Shown here piece by piece: positions 30,045 to 40,367 of a stretch of 64,000 nucleotides of DNA. Each line of letters opens with the position of its first letter. Positions within the stretch are counted from its first letter, which is position 1. Made by a program: the position numbers and the translations under genes. The notes under the pieces are model-generated. The model ran no database searches. It was given only the letters and a program-made list of their open reading frames with translations, and had not been told where the DNA came from. The stretch covers positions 3,993-67,992 of the IMG/VR virus record IMGVR_UViG_3300009982_000006; one strand, given 5' to 3'. This stretch comes from a virus. Lineage: Duplodnaviria > Caudoviricetes.

Positions 30045-31214
30045 CTACACAGATAAAGCCATGTTCATTTTATTATCAAATTCTGTTTTCAGCGTGGGAT
30101 CAATATTAAAATCTCTCCTAATTGATGGATTAGGAGCTTCTTTTTCAATCATCCGTTTCCGTTCTGCATTCACTGCTTGTCTTGCAATAGTTTGAGCATA
30201 CTTGTCAAAGTTCTTGTACAAGAGTGTTGCGCGAATCAGATTTTTTGGTTGAAAGTTCCCCTTGTCATCATAAAAGGAGTTATTAATCCAATCACTCAGG
30301 TTAAGCGCCTCTTCCCGCGCGGTATCAAAATCGCCTTTATCAACAGCAATGCCTAAGTCAAATTGCATTTGATTATTAGGGTCATTTACATTAAAGGCCA
30401 TATTAACATCTGCTTCAGAAAGTGCTTTTAATGCAGGGACAACCGTATTGTTGTAGGCGTCTAAGCTCTTGGCAGTACTGGCTTTGTAGCTTTCATATTC
30501 CTCATCAATTGATTGTGCAACCTGCGGCTTTATTTCTGGAAGTTCAATTTTAGATTTGTACTGTGTAAAATATTCACTTGCCCGACTTAAATCATTCTGC
30601 ATTTTTTGTTGTGCAGATATTTTCGCATAGTCAAGGCCAATTTGATCAATCACATTTCCATCCTCATCTTTAAACTGCGACTCATCAAATCCATAGTCAC
30701 GTTTAAACTGATAATCTATGTGTTGTTGCTGAAACAGCGGGTTTTGCATTTTGATGTACAGCTTTATCTTCTGTTCATCAGAAAGCGTATCTATATTTTT
30801 AACTTGTTGTCTTGCGTGTAATGATTGGTATAACTCATCTTCTTTACCAGAAATGAAATATTCGGCCCATCTTTTAGCCTCGTCGTTTGCGTATTTTATT
30901 TCTGCCGGAGTTTGCGCTCTCTCCCTTAGAGCTTGCAATTCTTGTTTCGCCACATCCCAATTATCCCAACCTAAATTTTGTTTTAAATATTCATTAGGAT
31001 CTACATACACAATATTATCATCAACTACAGGAGCAGGAGGAGCGGCGGCATCAGAAGCTGCCGGAGGGGCTGAAGGAGCTGGAGGCTCAGAAACATTAGA
31101 AGGTGCTGGAGGAGCAGCTACAACAGGAGTTGCAGGCACAGGCTCACCAAAAGCCATAGCCATTTGCTGCTGAATTTCAATCGGCAAAGGATTTGTCGCT
31201 ACATTTTCAGACAT
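30045..31214 (-). CDS. Capsid scaffolding-like protein
   Basis: Pro/Ala-rich disordered N-terminus and acidic helical body; directly upstream of the MCP. Confidence 0.65.
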   Translation of the reverse strand: MSENVATNPLPIEIQQQMAMAFGEPVPATPVVAAPPAPSNVSEPPAPSAPPAASDAAAPPAPVVDDNIVYVDPNEYLKQNLGWDNWDVAKQELQALRERAQTPAEIKYANDEAKRWAEYFISGKEDELYQSLHARQQVKNIDTLSDEQKIKLYIKMQNPLFQQQHIDYQFKRDYGFDESQFKDEDGNVIDQIGLDYAKISAQQKMQNDLSRASEYFTQYKSKIELPEIKPQVAQSIDEEYESYKASTAKSLDAYNNTVVPALKALSEADVNMAFNVNDPNNQMQFDLGIAVDKGDFDTAREEALNLSDWINNSFYDDKGNFQPKNLIRATLLYKNFDKYAQTIARQAVNAERKRMIEKEAPNPSIRRDFNIDPTLKTEFDNKMNMALSV

Positions 31215-31239
31215 AAATCAGGGAATGAGTTAGTTACAG

Positions 31240-31271
31240 TAAAGTTATTATAAAAAATACCAAAAGTCAAA
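31240..31271 (-). promoter_or_regulatory. Bacteroidota-type sigma-A-like promoter for scaffold/MCP
   Basis: TTTG-N20-TAACTTTA on the - strand (consensus TTTG-N19-21-TAnnTTTG). Confidence 0.55.
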
Positions 31272-31285
31272 AAACTTATTTCAAT

Positions 31286-33406
31286 TTAATTATAGTTCAT
31301 CTTTTTTAAATCATAAGTTGGCAATATTTCTTTAGGCTTCAAGTTGGTAGACTTAACCTCTGGAGCGCGTAATGCAGCCACTAGGCACATCATTAAAGCA
31401 ATCATCCAATCAAACGGGGTTCTTTCCGCATGATTATATCCAAGCGCCTGATTTAGAAGAATTAAGAACTTAACTCTATGTATATTCCCATTATAAACAA
31501 CAGGATTATTTCCATCAAAATACAATTTTGCGCATTCCAGCTGCATACTGACCTGGAAAGGGCTTGCGCTTTCCGTTCCTGCCAGTGGTTTTTGATCAGG
31601 CTTATTGGGATTACGCGCTGGTGTCCAGTATAGCAACTCATCACATCCCTGTTTATAAAAATATTCTACAAAATGATCCCCTGCACTTCTTTCTATATTA
31701 GCCTTACACCCATAAAATAAACACGCCTTTATAATCTCCTCGTATAGTAAAGAAGGCGTCTTGGGCTTCCCAGCATAAAAGGCTACGGGATAATTCCCTT
31801 TTTCCTCCCCATTAATTACACAGGACTTTTTAAAGACACATATAGTAGCCATACTGCCATGTTCTGCACTAAAAATCCTGACTGTATCTGCCCCTACTAC
31901 ATACTTGTGTGCCGCATTAACCGAATAAACATCTCCCAGACAATTAAAATCATTCTTAACCTCTGGTTCTTCTAAAATTAGCCAATATCCAGAATCGTCA
32001 TCAATGTATGAAACAGAACGTCTATCTTTCCCACTAGCTGGCGCGATCCCATTAGGTAATATAGAAGTGCTATCATACAATCTCGCCCGTCTTAAATATA
32101 CAGGGTTCTCTTCTAGTGACCGGATTTGATCTCTTAACATCTTTTCATTAAATTCACATATACCAGCCTCAAAAGAAAACGCATCAAAAACATCTAAAGG
32201 ATAATCTCTCCTATGCTCCATCAACTGATCATCCTTTAGTTTTGCCCGATCTCGTAATATTTTAGTTCTTGAACCTTCTGTTATCATTCTTCCATCGTTC
32301 CCCATAACAGGTTCTTTGGGGTTATCAATAACACTTCTTCCATATTTATCTATACATCCCGCATATCCTCTTGTAGCAGCCATAAAATATTGAACACATT
32401 TTGTAGGCGTGTTTACTCCATATGGCCGACCGGTTTCTGGATCTATTTTTGTCTGATCAGATTCGTTAAAGAATATTTTATATGCTTCGCCCCCTTCCTT
32501 CTTTTGTCCAACAGTTGTTGGCATATATGCGAATCCTACCTTATTAACACCAACTTCTAATGTTTTACTTAATCGTGACCAATATGAATTGATGTTAACC
32601 TTTACACCTCTCTTTGCAGTTTCATCTGGTACGTTATATGATTGCCGACCAGAATCATAAGAATTAATAGCATTAGACTTATAATCTGCATAACTATTTA
32701 ACCCTTCTCTTTTTACAGCCAAGACGCCCTTTTTCTTTTTCTCTACGGCTTTTACAAATCGTATAAAATTTTCTGAGTCGCTGTCAAATTCAGCCTGAAA
32801 GCATGGCAGCATTGATTTGAATCCATACATGAACATCTTCTGAAAGTTATCCTGACATGCCGTATCATTAAAAGATGTTGTCCCACAGTTTTGATACTCT
32901 TTACGTCCAGCAACAAACCACATAAAAAACATTCCGATAGATGTTGCTCCTTGACGACGACCTTTCAACCTAAGAAGCCCACGACATTCTGTGTGAAGTC
33001 TAAGATATTCATGAAACAAAAAAAACTCTCTATCATCCTCTCTATAATCTGGTTTTTCACCGTGTTCTAATGTCCAATAATTTACGTAACAATAATAAGC
33101 CCCTGGCAGATAAGTCAAATCCCCATTTATGTATGCATAAACTCCTTCTTCAAATCTTTTGTTTTCTCTATCTACCCATTGTTTTTGAATAGGTGTATAC
33201 CCTTGATAGGTTAATTCTTTGGCCGCAATGGCAACTAAATCATCATCCGAAAAGGGGATTTCTGTTCGTCTAAAATATTGTTCTTCTTTTGGAAGATCGG
33301 AATATAATATTTCTTCCCCATCAATAAGCTCCCCCTCTTCAGTAATAATAGATTTACCTAAATCCCTGTATTTGCATAATATCCCCTGGATTAACACTTC
33401 AGCCAT
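31286..33406 (-). CDS. terL: Terminase large subunit
   Basis: Walker A-like KGRRQGATS, Walker B-like YNVPDE, RNase H-like VVGAD; next to the portal. Confidence 0.85.
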   Translation of the reverse strand: MAEVLIQGILCKYRDLGKSIITEEGELIDGEEILYSDLPKEEQYFRRTEIPFSDDDLVAIAAKELTYQGYTPIQKQWVDRENKRFEEGVYAYINGDLTYLPGAYYCYVNYWTLEHGEKPDYREDDREFFLFHEYLRLHTECRGLLRLKGRRQGATSIGMFFMWFVAGRKEYQNCGTTSFNDTACQDNFQKMFMYGFKSMLPCFQAEFDSDSENFIRFVKAVEKKKKGVLAVKREGLNSYADYKSNAINSYDSGRQSYNVPDETAKRGVKVNINSYWSRLSKTLEVGVNKVGFAYMPTTVGQKKEGGEAYKIFFNESDQTKIDPETGRPYGVNTPTKCVQYFMAATRGYAGCIDKYGRSVIDNPKEPVMGNDGRMITEGSRTKILRDRAKLKDDQLMEHRRDYPLDVFDAFSFEAGICEFNEKMLRDQIRSLEENPVYLRRARLYDSTSILPNGIAPASGKDRRSVSYIDDDSGYWLILEEPEVKNDFNCLGDVYSVNAAHKYVVGADTVRIFSAEHGSMATICVFKKSCVINGEEKGNYPVAFYAGKPKTPSLLYEEIIKACLFYGCKANIERSAGDHFVEYFYKQGCDELLYWTPARNPNKPDQKPLAGTESASPFQVSMQLECAKLYFDGNNPVVYNGNIHRVKFLILLNQALGYNHAERTPFDWMIALMMCLVAALRAPEVKSTNLKPKEILPTYDLKKMNYN

Positions 33407-33407
33407 A

Positions 33408-35825
33408 CTACTGCATCATTTGTGGTGATTGTTGTTGCTCTTCTACTTCTTCTTGATCTTCTCCTTCTTGTACTTCTTCTAATTCTTCCTGTTGCTGCAT
33501 AGTGTTTAATACAATCTCCTGTTGCATTTGCTGGTTTTCAACAGTAATTGGGATGCCTACATTCTGCATTACCTGATTTATCAAAGGTTTTAATTCAGCA
33601 GGGACCGGAGTGCCATTGGTAAGACATGTATTGTATATTTGAAGAACTCCTTGTAGTAGTATTTGTTCTTTTTTGCTTTTAGCTTCTGATTGTGATTTCG
33701 CTGTTTCTGCCTGTTGTTTAACTTGTTCAATCTGGGCATCCATTTGTCCTTTTTGCTGCAATGACTGAGCCTGCGCTTCTGCATTCATTCTAACACTTGC
33801 TTCCTGCGCTTGCGCCTGTTGCTTTCTATTCTTTTCGGTCATTGCATCCAGATACATTGTTGCCAATTTATAATTCTTTATTTGTCGAATCTGGAAGGCA
33901 TCTTTAAATGTCAGTAACTGTTCCTGCATACCCACCTGAATCATTTGTTCAAGGATTTGCTTTTCGTATGCTGTCAGCTTCATTTCTACATGTACCTTAA
34001 ACCTGGCATTAATCATAGATTCATCGCCTTCCTTAATCGCATCCTGCCACTCCAGCAATGCACACTTATAAAGAGTTTCCTCCATAAGTTGATTATGAGC
34101 ATTAGGGATGAAGTCGGTAACATTAAATGAAGACTCAGCTTGCCCTTCCGCTAATTTAGCTGCTGTACGATCGCCTACATCTGACCCATCCCTGAATCTG
34201 GGGACTCCCAATAAACCACGCAGCTCATTCTCTATCCCTTCTAATGTCTGAGTAAGTTGCATTATCTTCTGTAAGGTATCATCTGGCGCAGTTGCGCTAA
34301 TGGCAGGCGCTTCTTGTCTTAATGGATCAACACCGCGACTACTCCATATCTCGTTACCCGTTTGATCGAATATTCTCACTACCTCTTCCCAAGGGATTAC
34401 ATTACCATTCCCTAAATCAATATTTCTGGCAGAATGCACATCAATGCGAATACCTGAAGGCCTTAGTTTAGCTATCAGTTGCTTTCGCTTCAATTTTGTT
34501 AACGCATATTCACGCAGCGGCTCCATTGCTCTTTCAAACAATGAAGGGATATACTGACCGTTGTTGAATGGAATAACAATAGAGTAGGAAGAAAGAGATT
34601 CATCAAAATTCAGAAAAGGCAGTATCACTACATCAGGCAGCCCCCAATAAATCATTTTGTGAGCATAAGGCGCATATACTCCTCTATACCATCTGCTTTT
34701 GTCTTTTTTATGTATCCGAGCTTTTTCTGATGTGGGGGCCGGAATACTTTGCTTTGGAGCAATATTTTCATTGCCATATCTATCTGGCTTACTTACATAA
34801 TAATCAGAGGTGCCTACCTTAATTTCAAAATCTATAACATAGACAGAATAGTCATCCCAGGGGCAATTATAATTATAGAATTGATACTCCATCTTCCACA
34901 GGAAATTAAACCCTAACCCTGTGTTTCTTGTAGATGACATTCGCACCAATTCATATATTTCTTTTTCTGTTAACCCGTCTGGGTTTTCTGGAGACCTCCC
35001 ATACTTTGACCTCAAATCCCGAACCTTTAGTGCATACACTTCCCCGATATACGACAACTCGTATTTACCTGTCTCCCCAACAAAATAATTATAAAACATA
35101 TTTTGAGGAACCGGTTTTCGAATGCAGTATTTTTTACCATGACGCTCTATCTTAGTTGACCCTAAATTATGCACAACCAAATCATAAAGACTCTTCGGCT
35201 TTAAAACCCGCATATACTGATTTTCATCCAATATGCACTGTAACTTTTTTTCCAGATTTACTTCTATTGGAAGCCTATCCTGTAATTCAAAATATACATC
35301 CGCTGCCAGCTCGTCATCCGGGACATAGGCATCGGGAGGCTCGACCATAACGCCAGTGCTTTGTTGTACCTGGTTAATTGTTTCAACCTCTCGCATCCGA
35401 TATAACGCGTCTTCTTTTCTATCTTTTTTCTCCTGCGCACTTGACTCGTCAATGGCGGTAACACATGGGTACTCTTCATTTTTGCTCATGCTTTCAACAA
35501 GCGTTAAAACAAATTGAGGCCCGATCATGATAGGGGTCATATCTATTTTAACGTATGCCTTATTACCATCACTTACATTAAAAAAATCAAGGAACTCCGT
35601 CATGTCCTGAGTCCCTGTGGCCCATTTCAAAACCTGAATCCACTTTGCTGCCCTGGCAGAAAAGAAATTGAGGTTGCTGGAGGATTGGGTTTGTTCAGTA
35701 TAAATTCGCTGCGCTATCTTTTCCCCGGTTTCTTTTTTAGCAACCTCTTTAGGATCTGCGAATTGTACGGACAACAATATATCGGTGAAGGGGAAGGCCG
35801 TTTGCCCCGTAGTCATATCTGGCAT
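33408..35825 (-). CDS. Portal protein
   Basis: 805 aa with a C-terminal Q/E-rich barrel-type coiled coil; next to TerL. Confidence 0.75.
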   Translation of the reverse strand: MPDMTTGQTAFPFTDILLSVQFADPKEVAKKETGEKIAQRIYTEQTQSSSNLNFFSARAAKWIQVLKWATGTQDMTEFLDFFNVSDGNKAYVKIDMTPIMIGPQFVLTLVESMSKNEEYPCVTAIDESSAQEKKDRKEDALYRMREVETINQVQQSTGVMVEPPDAYVPDDELAADVYFELQDRLPIEVNLEKKLQCILDENQYMRVLKPKSLYDLVVHNLGSTKIERHGKKYCIRKPVPQNMFYNYFVGETGKYELSYIGEVYALKVRDLRSKYGRSPENPDGLTEKEIYELVRMSSTRNTGLGFNFLWKMEYQFYNYNCPWDDYSVYVIDFEIKVGTSDYYVSKPDRYGNENIAPKQSIPAPTSEKARIHKKDKSRWYRGVYAPYAHKMIYWGLPDVVILPFLNFDESLSSYSIVIPFNNGQYIPSLFERAMEPLREYALTKLKRKQLIAKLRPSGIRIDVHSARNIDLGNGNVIPWEEVVRIFDQTGNEIWSSRGVDPLRQEAPAISATAPDDTLQKIMQLTQTLEGIENELRGLLGVPRFRDGSDVGDRTAAKLAEGQAESSFNVTDFIPNAHNQLMEETLYKCALLEWQDAIKEGDESMINARFKVHVEMKLTAYEKQILEQMIQVGMQEQLLTFKDAFQIRQIKNYKLATMYLDAMTEKNRKQQAQAQEASVRMNAEAQAQSLQQKGQMDAQIEQVKQQAETAKSQSEAKSKKEQILLQGVLQIYNTCLTNGTPVPAELKPLINQVMQNVGIPITVENQQMQQEIVLNTMQQQEELEEVQEGEDQEEVEEQQQSPQMMQ

Positions 35826-35851
35826 TAAAATAGGATTTGATATAAAATTAA

Positions 35852-36397
35852 CTATTTTACCGATATGGCAACAATATCGTCTTTTTCAACTTTTATGATT
35901 CTGCGCTCCTTATTTCCCCAATTATATACAATTTCATAGTTAGCGTAGGGGGTATGGAATACCACCTGCCCTACTTTATACCCATACCCATTAGATATAA
36001 CTTTAGCCCGGTCTATGTACTCCTTTTTGTAGGCGTCTGGCATTTCTAACTCTGATGATGGCCATATACGCTCACATATAATATTTCCATACATTGAATG
36101 GGGGTCGCCATTTTCATCAATTCGCATGAATATATTTTTATTAATCGGGATCGAAAAGAGGCCATCCCCCATTGAATAAACACTCACATCCCCATAAAAA
36201 TAATTATGATGGCATATCAGTACTGTTCCTGGTTGTATATCCTCATTGCCAACTTCTACAATTCCAACCACCGGGTGTTTCTCCCGATGGTTGGTTCTAT
36301 ACTTAGTAGCCACCATTAACTCTACATCGCCAATCACAGCCCGCTCTTTCTGGTCTGGGTTAACCCTCAAAATAATCCCGTTTTTTGTTGGTTTCAT
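35852..36397 (-). CDS. Tandem GroES-like co-chaperonin (two domains)
   Basis: Start ATG 36397 overlaps the GroES stop (ATGA). Domain 1 begins MKPTKNGIILRV; domain 2 GNIICERI...MPDAYKK...RAKVI...KVGQVVF...KDDIVAI follows the GroES pattern. Confidence 0.6.
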   Translation of the reverse strand: MKPTKNGIILRVNPDQKERAVIGDVELMVATKYRTNHREKHPVVGIVEVGNEDIQPGTVLICHHNYFYGDVSVYSMGDGLFSIPINKNIFMRIDENGDPHSMYGNIICERIWPSSELEMPDAYKKEYIDRAKVISNGYGYKVGQVVFHTPYANYEIVYNWGNKERRIIKVEKDDIVAISVK

Positions 36398-36660
36398 ACA
36401 CACGCTATTACATCTTGTTCTCGTAGGCAAAATATCACTTCTCCCTCTATTTCCATTTCAAATCCGGCTGTCATATGGAAATAAGCCTTCTCACCCTTCT
36501 TTATTGTTTTATCTTGAACCAAAGACCCTACACTAAATATCTTTCCCGTCTGAGGTTTTTTCTTTGCTGAATCGGGAATCAAGAGGCCCATCTTCTCCTC
36601 CTCTGGTATATCCCGAATGAGCAACACGTAATTATTTTTAGCCTTTATTTTGTTTTGCAT
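36394..36660 (-). CDS. groS: Co-chaperonin GroES (Cpn10)
   Basis: GLLIPDSAKKKPQTGKIFSVGSLV...LREQDVIACV. Confidence 0.9.
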   Translation of the reverse strand: MQNKIKAKNNYVLLIRDIPEEEKMGLLIPDSAKKKPQTGKIFSVGSLVQDKTIKKGEKAYFHMTAGFEMEIEGEVIFCLREQDVIACV

Positions 36661-36663
36661 ATA

Positions 36664-38262
36664 TTAAAATGTATCTACGATTAAACATTCAGATGTAAGA
36701 AGCATTCCTGCGACACTTGCCGCGTTCTGAAGGGAACATCTAAGCACCTTTACAGGATCAATAATGCCAGCTTCTAATAAATTTTCCACATGTCCTGTTT
36801 TTGCATTCAAGCCAATATCATCCCCATATTCCTGTATCTGTTGCATATATTCAACCTCATCCAACCCGGCATTCCTGATAATCTGCCGAACGGGAGCCTC
36901 CATTGCTGTAAACAATATATCCCATCCTAGTTTATTTTCATTGTATTGCTCAGATGTTATATGTTTTATAGATTTAATGAAAGTAATGCCAGCTCCCGGT
37001 ACGTATCCTTCTTCGTTTGCTGATTTTGCTGCTCTAACTGCATCATCCACCCGATCAACCCTTTCTTTCATTTCAGTTTCTGTTGGACCTCCAACATATA
37101 TAACAGCTATCCCACCTTTCAACCTAGCAATCCTTCTTTCGATGACTGATTTATCATCTTCCCCTTTGGCTTGCGTCAGATTCATTCTAAGCTCATTTAG
37201 TAAATCATCATGAGCCTGAGTGTTCTTTTCTCCCCCTATAATAGTACAGCTATTTTCAGATACAATTACTTTTTGCGCTTTGCCTAAATGCTTCTCCGTA
37301 GCCCTTTCTAATCCAACGCCTTTTGAATCTGTTAAATATGTTGCCCCGGTACATACCGCAATATCTTCCATCACTTCAAACTTGTTTTCTGTAAATGATG
37401 GACACTTTACTATACAAACAGGCGGTATTGTTTTTTGAAGTGTATTCATAATTACAGTTGCTAATGCTTCCCCATCAGAATCTTCACAGACTATCAACAA
37501 TGGTCTACCAGTTTTAATACTGGCTTGAAAAACTGGCGCAAATTTGGCCATATTACTAACTACTTTTTCATATAGCAAAATATTAGGGTTTATCAATTCG
37601 CATGTTTTCTTTGCTTTATCTGTAATAAAATATGGGCTTATAAAGCCTGTTTTTATCTGAAATCCTTCAGATATTTTAATTTCAGTATTAACACTTTTAG
37701 CTTGTTCAATATCTATGATCCCGTCTTCTCCTATCTTTTCAAATGCCTTTGTAACCAAATCCCCAATTGATGGGTCATTATTGGATGAAACGGTAGCTAT
37801 TTTCCTAATAGTTTCAATATCTCCCCCAACTGGCAATGCGTCTTGTTTTATCTTATCAACTATATATTCGACACATTTATCCATTTGTCGCTTTATCGAC
37901 ATTGGGTTGTAACCTTTATCTATCATTTCTAAACCGGCATTAACAATAGCCCTAGCTAATACAATAGTGGTAGTGGTTCCGTCGCCCGCCTGTGTCAACG
38001 TTTTTTCAGCAGCTTCCCTTAACATAATAGCCCCTACATTCTCTACTGGATCGGTCATATGCACAGCGCGACTAACCGTAACACCATCCTTTGTAACTTT
38101 TACAGGCAGGGATCTTGTACCGTAATCAATAACAACTGATTCACTTAGTAAAACGTTTCGGCCATTAGCCCCTAACGTAACAGAAACCGCATTAGCCATT
38201 GTATTGACTCCGATTCTTACTTTGTCTCTTGCTTCTTTTGAAAATAAAATTGATTTGTTCAT
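36664..38262 (-). CDS. groL: Chaperonin GroEL (Cpn60)
   Basis: TKDGVTV, AGDGTTTT, RIARLKGGIAVIYVGG, EEGYVPGAG, GIIDPVKV; no GGM tail. Confidence 0.97.
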   Translation of the reverse strand: MNKSILFSKEARDKVRIGVNTMANAVSVTLGANGRNVLLSESVVIDYGTRSLPVKVTKDGVTVSRAVHMTDPVENVGAIMLREAAEKTLTQAGDGTTTTIVLARAIVNAGLEMIDKGYNPMSIKRQMDKCVEYIVDKIKQDALPVGGDIETIRKIATVSSNNDPSIGDLVTKAFEKIGEDGIIDIEQAKSVNTEIKISEGFQIKTGFISPYFITDKAKKTCELINPNILLYEKVVSNMAKFAPVFQASIKTGRPLLIVCEDSDGEALATVIMNTLQKTIPPVCIVKCPSFTENKFEVMEDIAVCTGATYLTDSKGVGLERATEKHLGKAQKVIVSENSCTIIGGEKNTQAHDDLLNELRMNLTQAKGEDDKSVIERRIARLKGGIAVIYVGGPTETEMKERVDRVDDAVRAAKSANEEGYVPGAGITFIKSIKHITSEQYNENKLGWDILFTAMEAPVRQIIRNAGLDEVEYMQQIQEYGDDIGLNAKTGHVENLLEAGIIDPVKVLRCSLQNAASVAGMLLTSECLIVDTF

Positions 38263-38270
38263 AGTGTGTT

Positions 38271-39023
38271 TTATGGTCTATCTAAGACCCATTTTTGAAT
38301 ATATTTTGAATGAAAAAAAGTAGGATTTAAGTCTTTACCTGAGAACCATAATTCACTTTTAAAAATTTCAGATTGATCTAGTTTAGGATCATGGAACCCT
38401 AGTTCAAAAACATTTTCCTGCATATTTATGACCTTATCTTTCATGACTTCTCTTTTCCTAACAAAACCATAATGTCTCATGTATATCCCAGATAAATATT
38501 TATCTACAGCCGGGGCATCTATTGACTCCCCATCCCCTATAGAGATATATTTTGTCTTAGCTAAACGTATAACCTTAGTACTACAGGGTTGTCTTTCTTC
38601 AGGAACAATTAAGCAATGGTTACAATCTCCCCACATATTCACTCTTCGAATATAATACGCTTCCTCTCCTTCAGCTATAGCTTCTCTTATTATTTCAAAC
38701 CCAGCTTCATGGGTTATCTCGTCTGCTTGTTGTAAATAATAATAATCAGTGTCTAAAAATGATAATGCTAGATTCTGAAAAAAAGCCAATTTTTCTCTAC
38801 CCTTTTGCTTATTCCATTCTTCAACACTCAAAACAGTAACAAATAGGTTATTGTATTCTTTCCCAAGATCATAAAGCAATTCTATAGTATTATCTTCTGA
38901 TTCTATACCAACAACGGATACCTGATCGCACATATCACAAAGGCATCTTATGCTTTCCTGAAAGCAATAATCATATTTTACGCCGTCTTTAATAAACATT
39001 ACGCCGCCTAATGTTTTACCCAT
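38271..39023 (-). CDS. Glycosyltransferase, GT-A fold (GT2-like)
   Basis: DQVSVV...SEDNT, QADE DxD-like motif, C-terminal HYGF. Confidence 0.7.
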   Translation of the reverse strand: MGKTLGGVMFIKDGVKYDYCFQESIRCLCDMCDQVSVVGIESEDNTIELLYDLGKEYNNLFVTVLSVEEWNKQKGREKLAFFQNLALSFLDTDYYYLQQADEITHEAGFEIIREAIAEGEEAYYIRRVNMWGDCNHCLIVPEERQPCSTKVIRLAKTKYISIGDGESIDAPAVDKYLSGIYMRHYGFVRKREVMKDKVINMQENVFELGFHDPKLDQSEIFKSELWFSGKDLNPTFFHSKYIQKWVLDRP

Positions 39024-39741
39024 AAATAAATTTATCTTTTAAATCAATGTGTTGATATTTAGATAACCTACTTTTTACATATTCTCGCCTCATTGTCACC
39101 TCGCCTATTCTATCCTGATGCTTATTGAATACATCCCAAGATACTTTACCTATGTGATCAAACTTATCATATCTCATACTAACTATATCAACATCCTGAT
39201 TACCAGGTTTTCGTTCTATATGATAATTTGAAAACCCATTTGCTTGTATCGACTCCCAAAATTCACTTCCAACATCATATGTCCAATCCTCTTTAGTCCT
39301 AAATCTTTCTATACCGGCTTTCTTTGTAGCCTCACAATCAAACAGCCAGAACCAAGGACTTATTCTATCTTTTATCTTTGTAGCCCCCATGAAGTTCTTA
39401 TCAATTAATTCTCCTGCACTAATAACTTTATCATTAAGCAAATACAAATACCCCCATACATCATCCTTAAATTCTACATCAGTATCAGTAAGAAGTACAT
39501 ATTTTGTTCTTACTTCTTCGTACAGCGCATTCAATGCATTTTCATGACCAACATTCTCTTGGTAGTCAAAAAATGGGATATGATTTTCTCGCAGCCACTC
39601 CTTACTTCCATCTGTACTTCCATTGTCTACCAGCATTAATTTCAACGGTTCCCCCTGATAATGATAATAAACGTAAGATTTTAGCAACAGCTCTACGCAT
39701 GGCAGCTGGTTCCAATTAACAGATAATAATGTTATGTCCAT
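39016..39741 (-). CDS. Glycosyltransferase family 2
   Basis: LSVNWN, LVDNGSTDGS, LLTDTDVEF. Confidence 0.85.
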   Translation of the reverse strand: MDITLLSVNWNQLPCVELLLKSYVYYHYQGEPLKLMLVDNGSTDGSKEWLRENHIPFFDYQENVGHENALNALYEEVRTKYVLLTDTDVEFKDDVWGYLYLLNDKVISAGELIDKNFMGATKIKDRISPWFWLFDCEATKKAGIERFRTKEDWTYDVGSEFWESIQANGFSNYHIERKPGNQDVDIVSMRYDKFDHIGKVSWDVFNKHQDRIGEVTMRREYVKSRLSKYQHIDLKDKFIYG

Positions 39742-40367
39742 TATATTTTTTTAATTATTACTGTACCGCAGGCAGCAAACACCCACTCAATATTTGTTTC
39801 AAAATAATTGGCTTTATATTTTGCAATAGCTTCTTTTTTGTTAGCACAAATGTGGCTATTAGGGATAATACCATTCATATTCACCTCCCCTATCATGTTT
39901 TTTATATATTCTATAACGCTTTCCCCCTTATTCCATCTATCATCATAATCACACAATAAGTCCTCAATTATATAATACCCACTTGGTTTAAGATATTGAA
40001 ATAGCAATGAAAATGTTTTAATCATATCACTACTCATGTGGCTTCCGTCATCAACAACTATATCAAAATAATAAGGATATTGCTCACCAAAGAAAAATAA
40101 ATCCGCAAAACTACTTTGGTCTACAACATGCGTAGTAACCCCATTCAAATATTCATACCCATCTCTTATATCAATACCGTGTATTTCCCCGTTCTCAAAA
40201 TAATCTCGCCACATCAATAGGGACGCGCCTTTATCAATACCTATTTCTAATAGCTTGACCGGCTGTTTTCTAATAGGCGTTAATATCATGTCGTAATATT
40301 GACAATATGAATGCCCCTTACTTGACTTATCAGTTCCATATTTTATAGCTAGATCATCTAAAGTCAT
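39741..40367 (-). CDS. Class I SAM-dependent methyltransferase, sugar O-methyltransferase-like
   Basis: KYGTDK, LLEIGIDKGAS, GIDI, FDIVVDDGSH, YIIEDL. Confidence 0.85.
   Translation of the reverse strand: MTLDDLAIKYGTDKSSKGHSYCQYYDMILTPIRKQPVKLLEIGIDKGASLLMWRDYFENGEIHGIDIRDGYEYLNGVTTHVVDQSSFADLFFFGEQYPYYFDIVVDDGSHMSSDMIKTFSLLFQYLKPSGYYIIEDLLCDYDDRWNKGESVIEYIKNMIGEVNMNGIIPNSHICANKKEAIAKYKANYFETNIEWVFAACGTVIIKKI

Noticed and set aside
31041-31160. Pro/Ala-rich low-complexity repeat
   Set aside because: Coding-level disorder in the scaffold N-terminus, not a DNA repeat element
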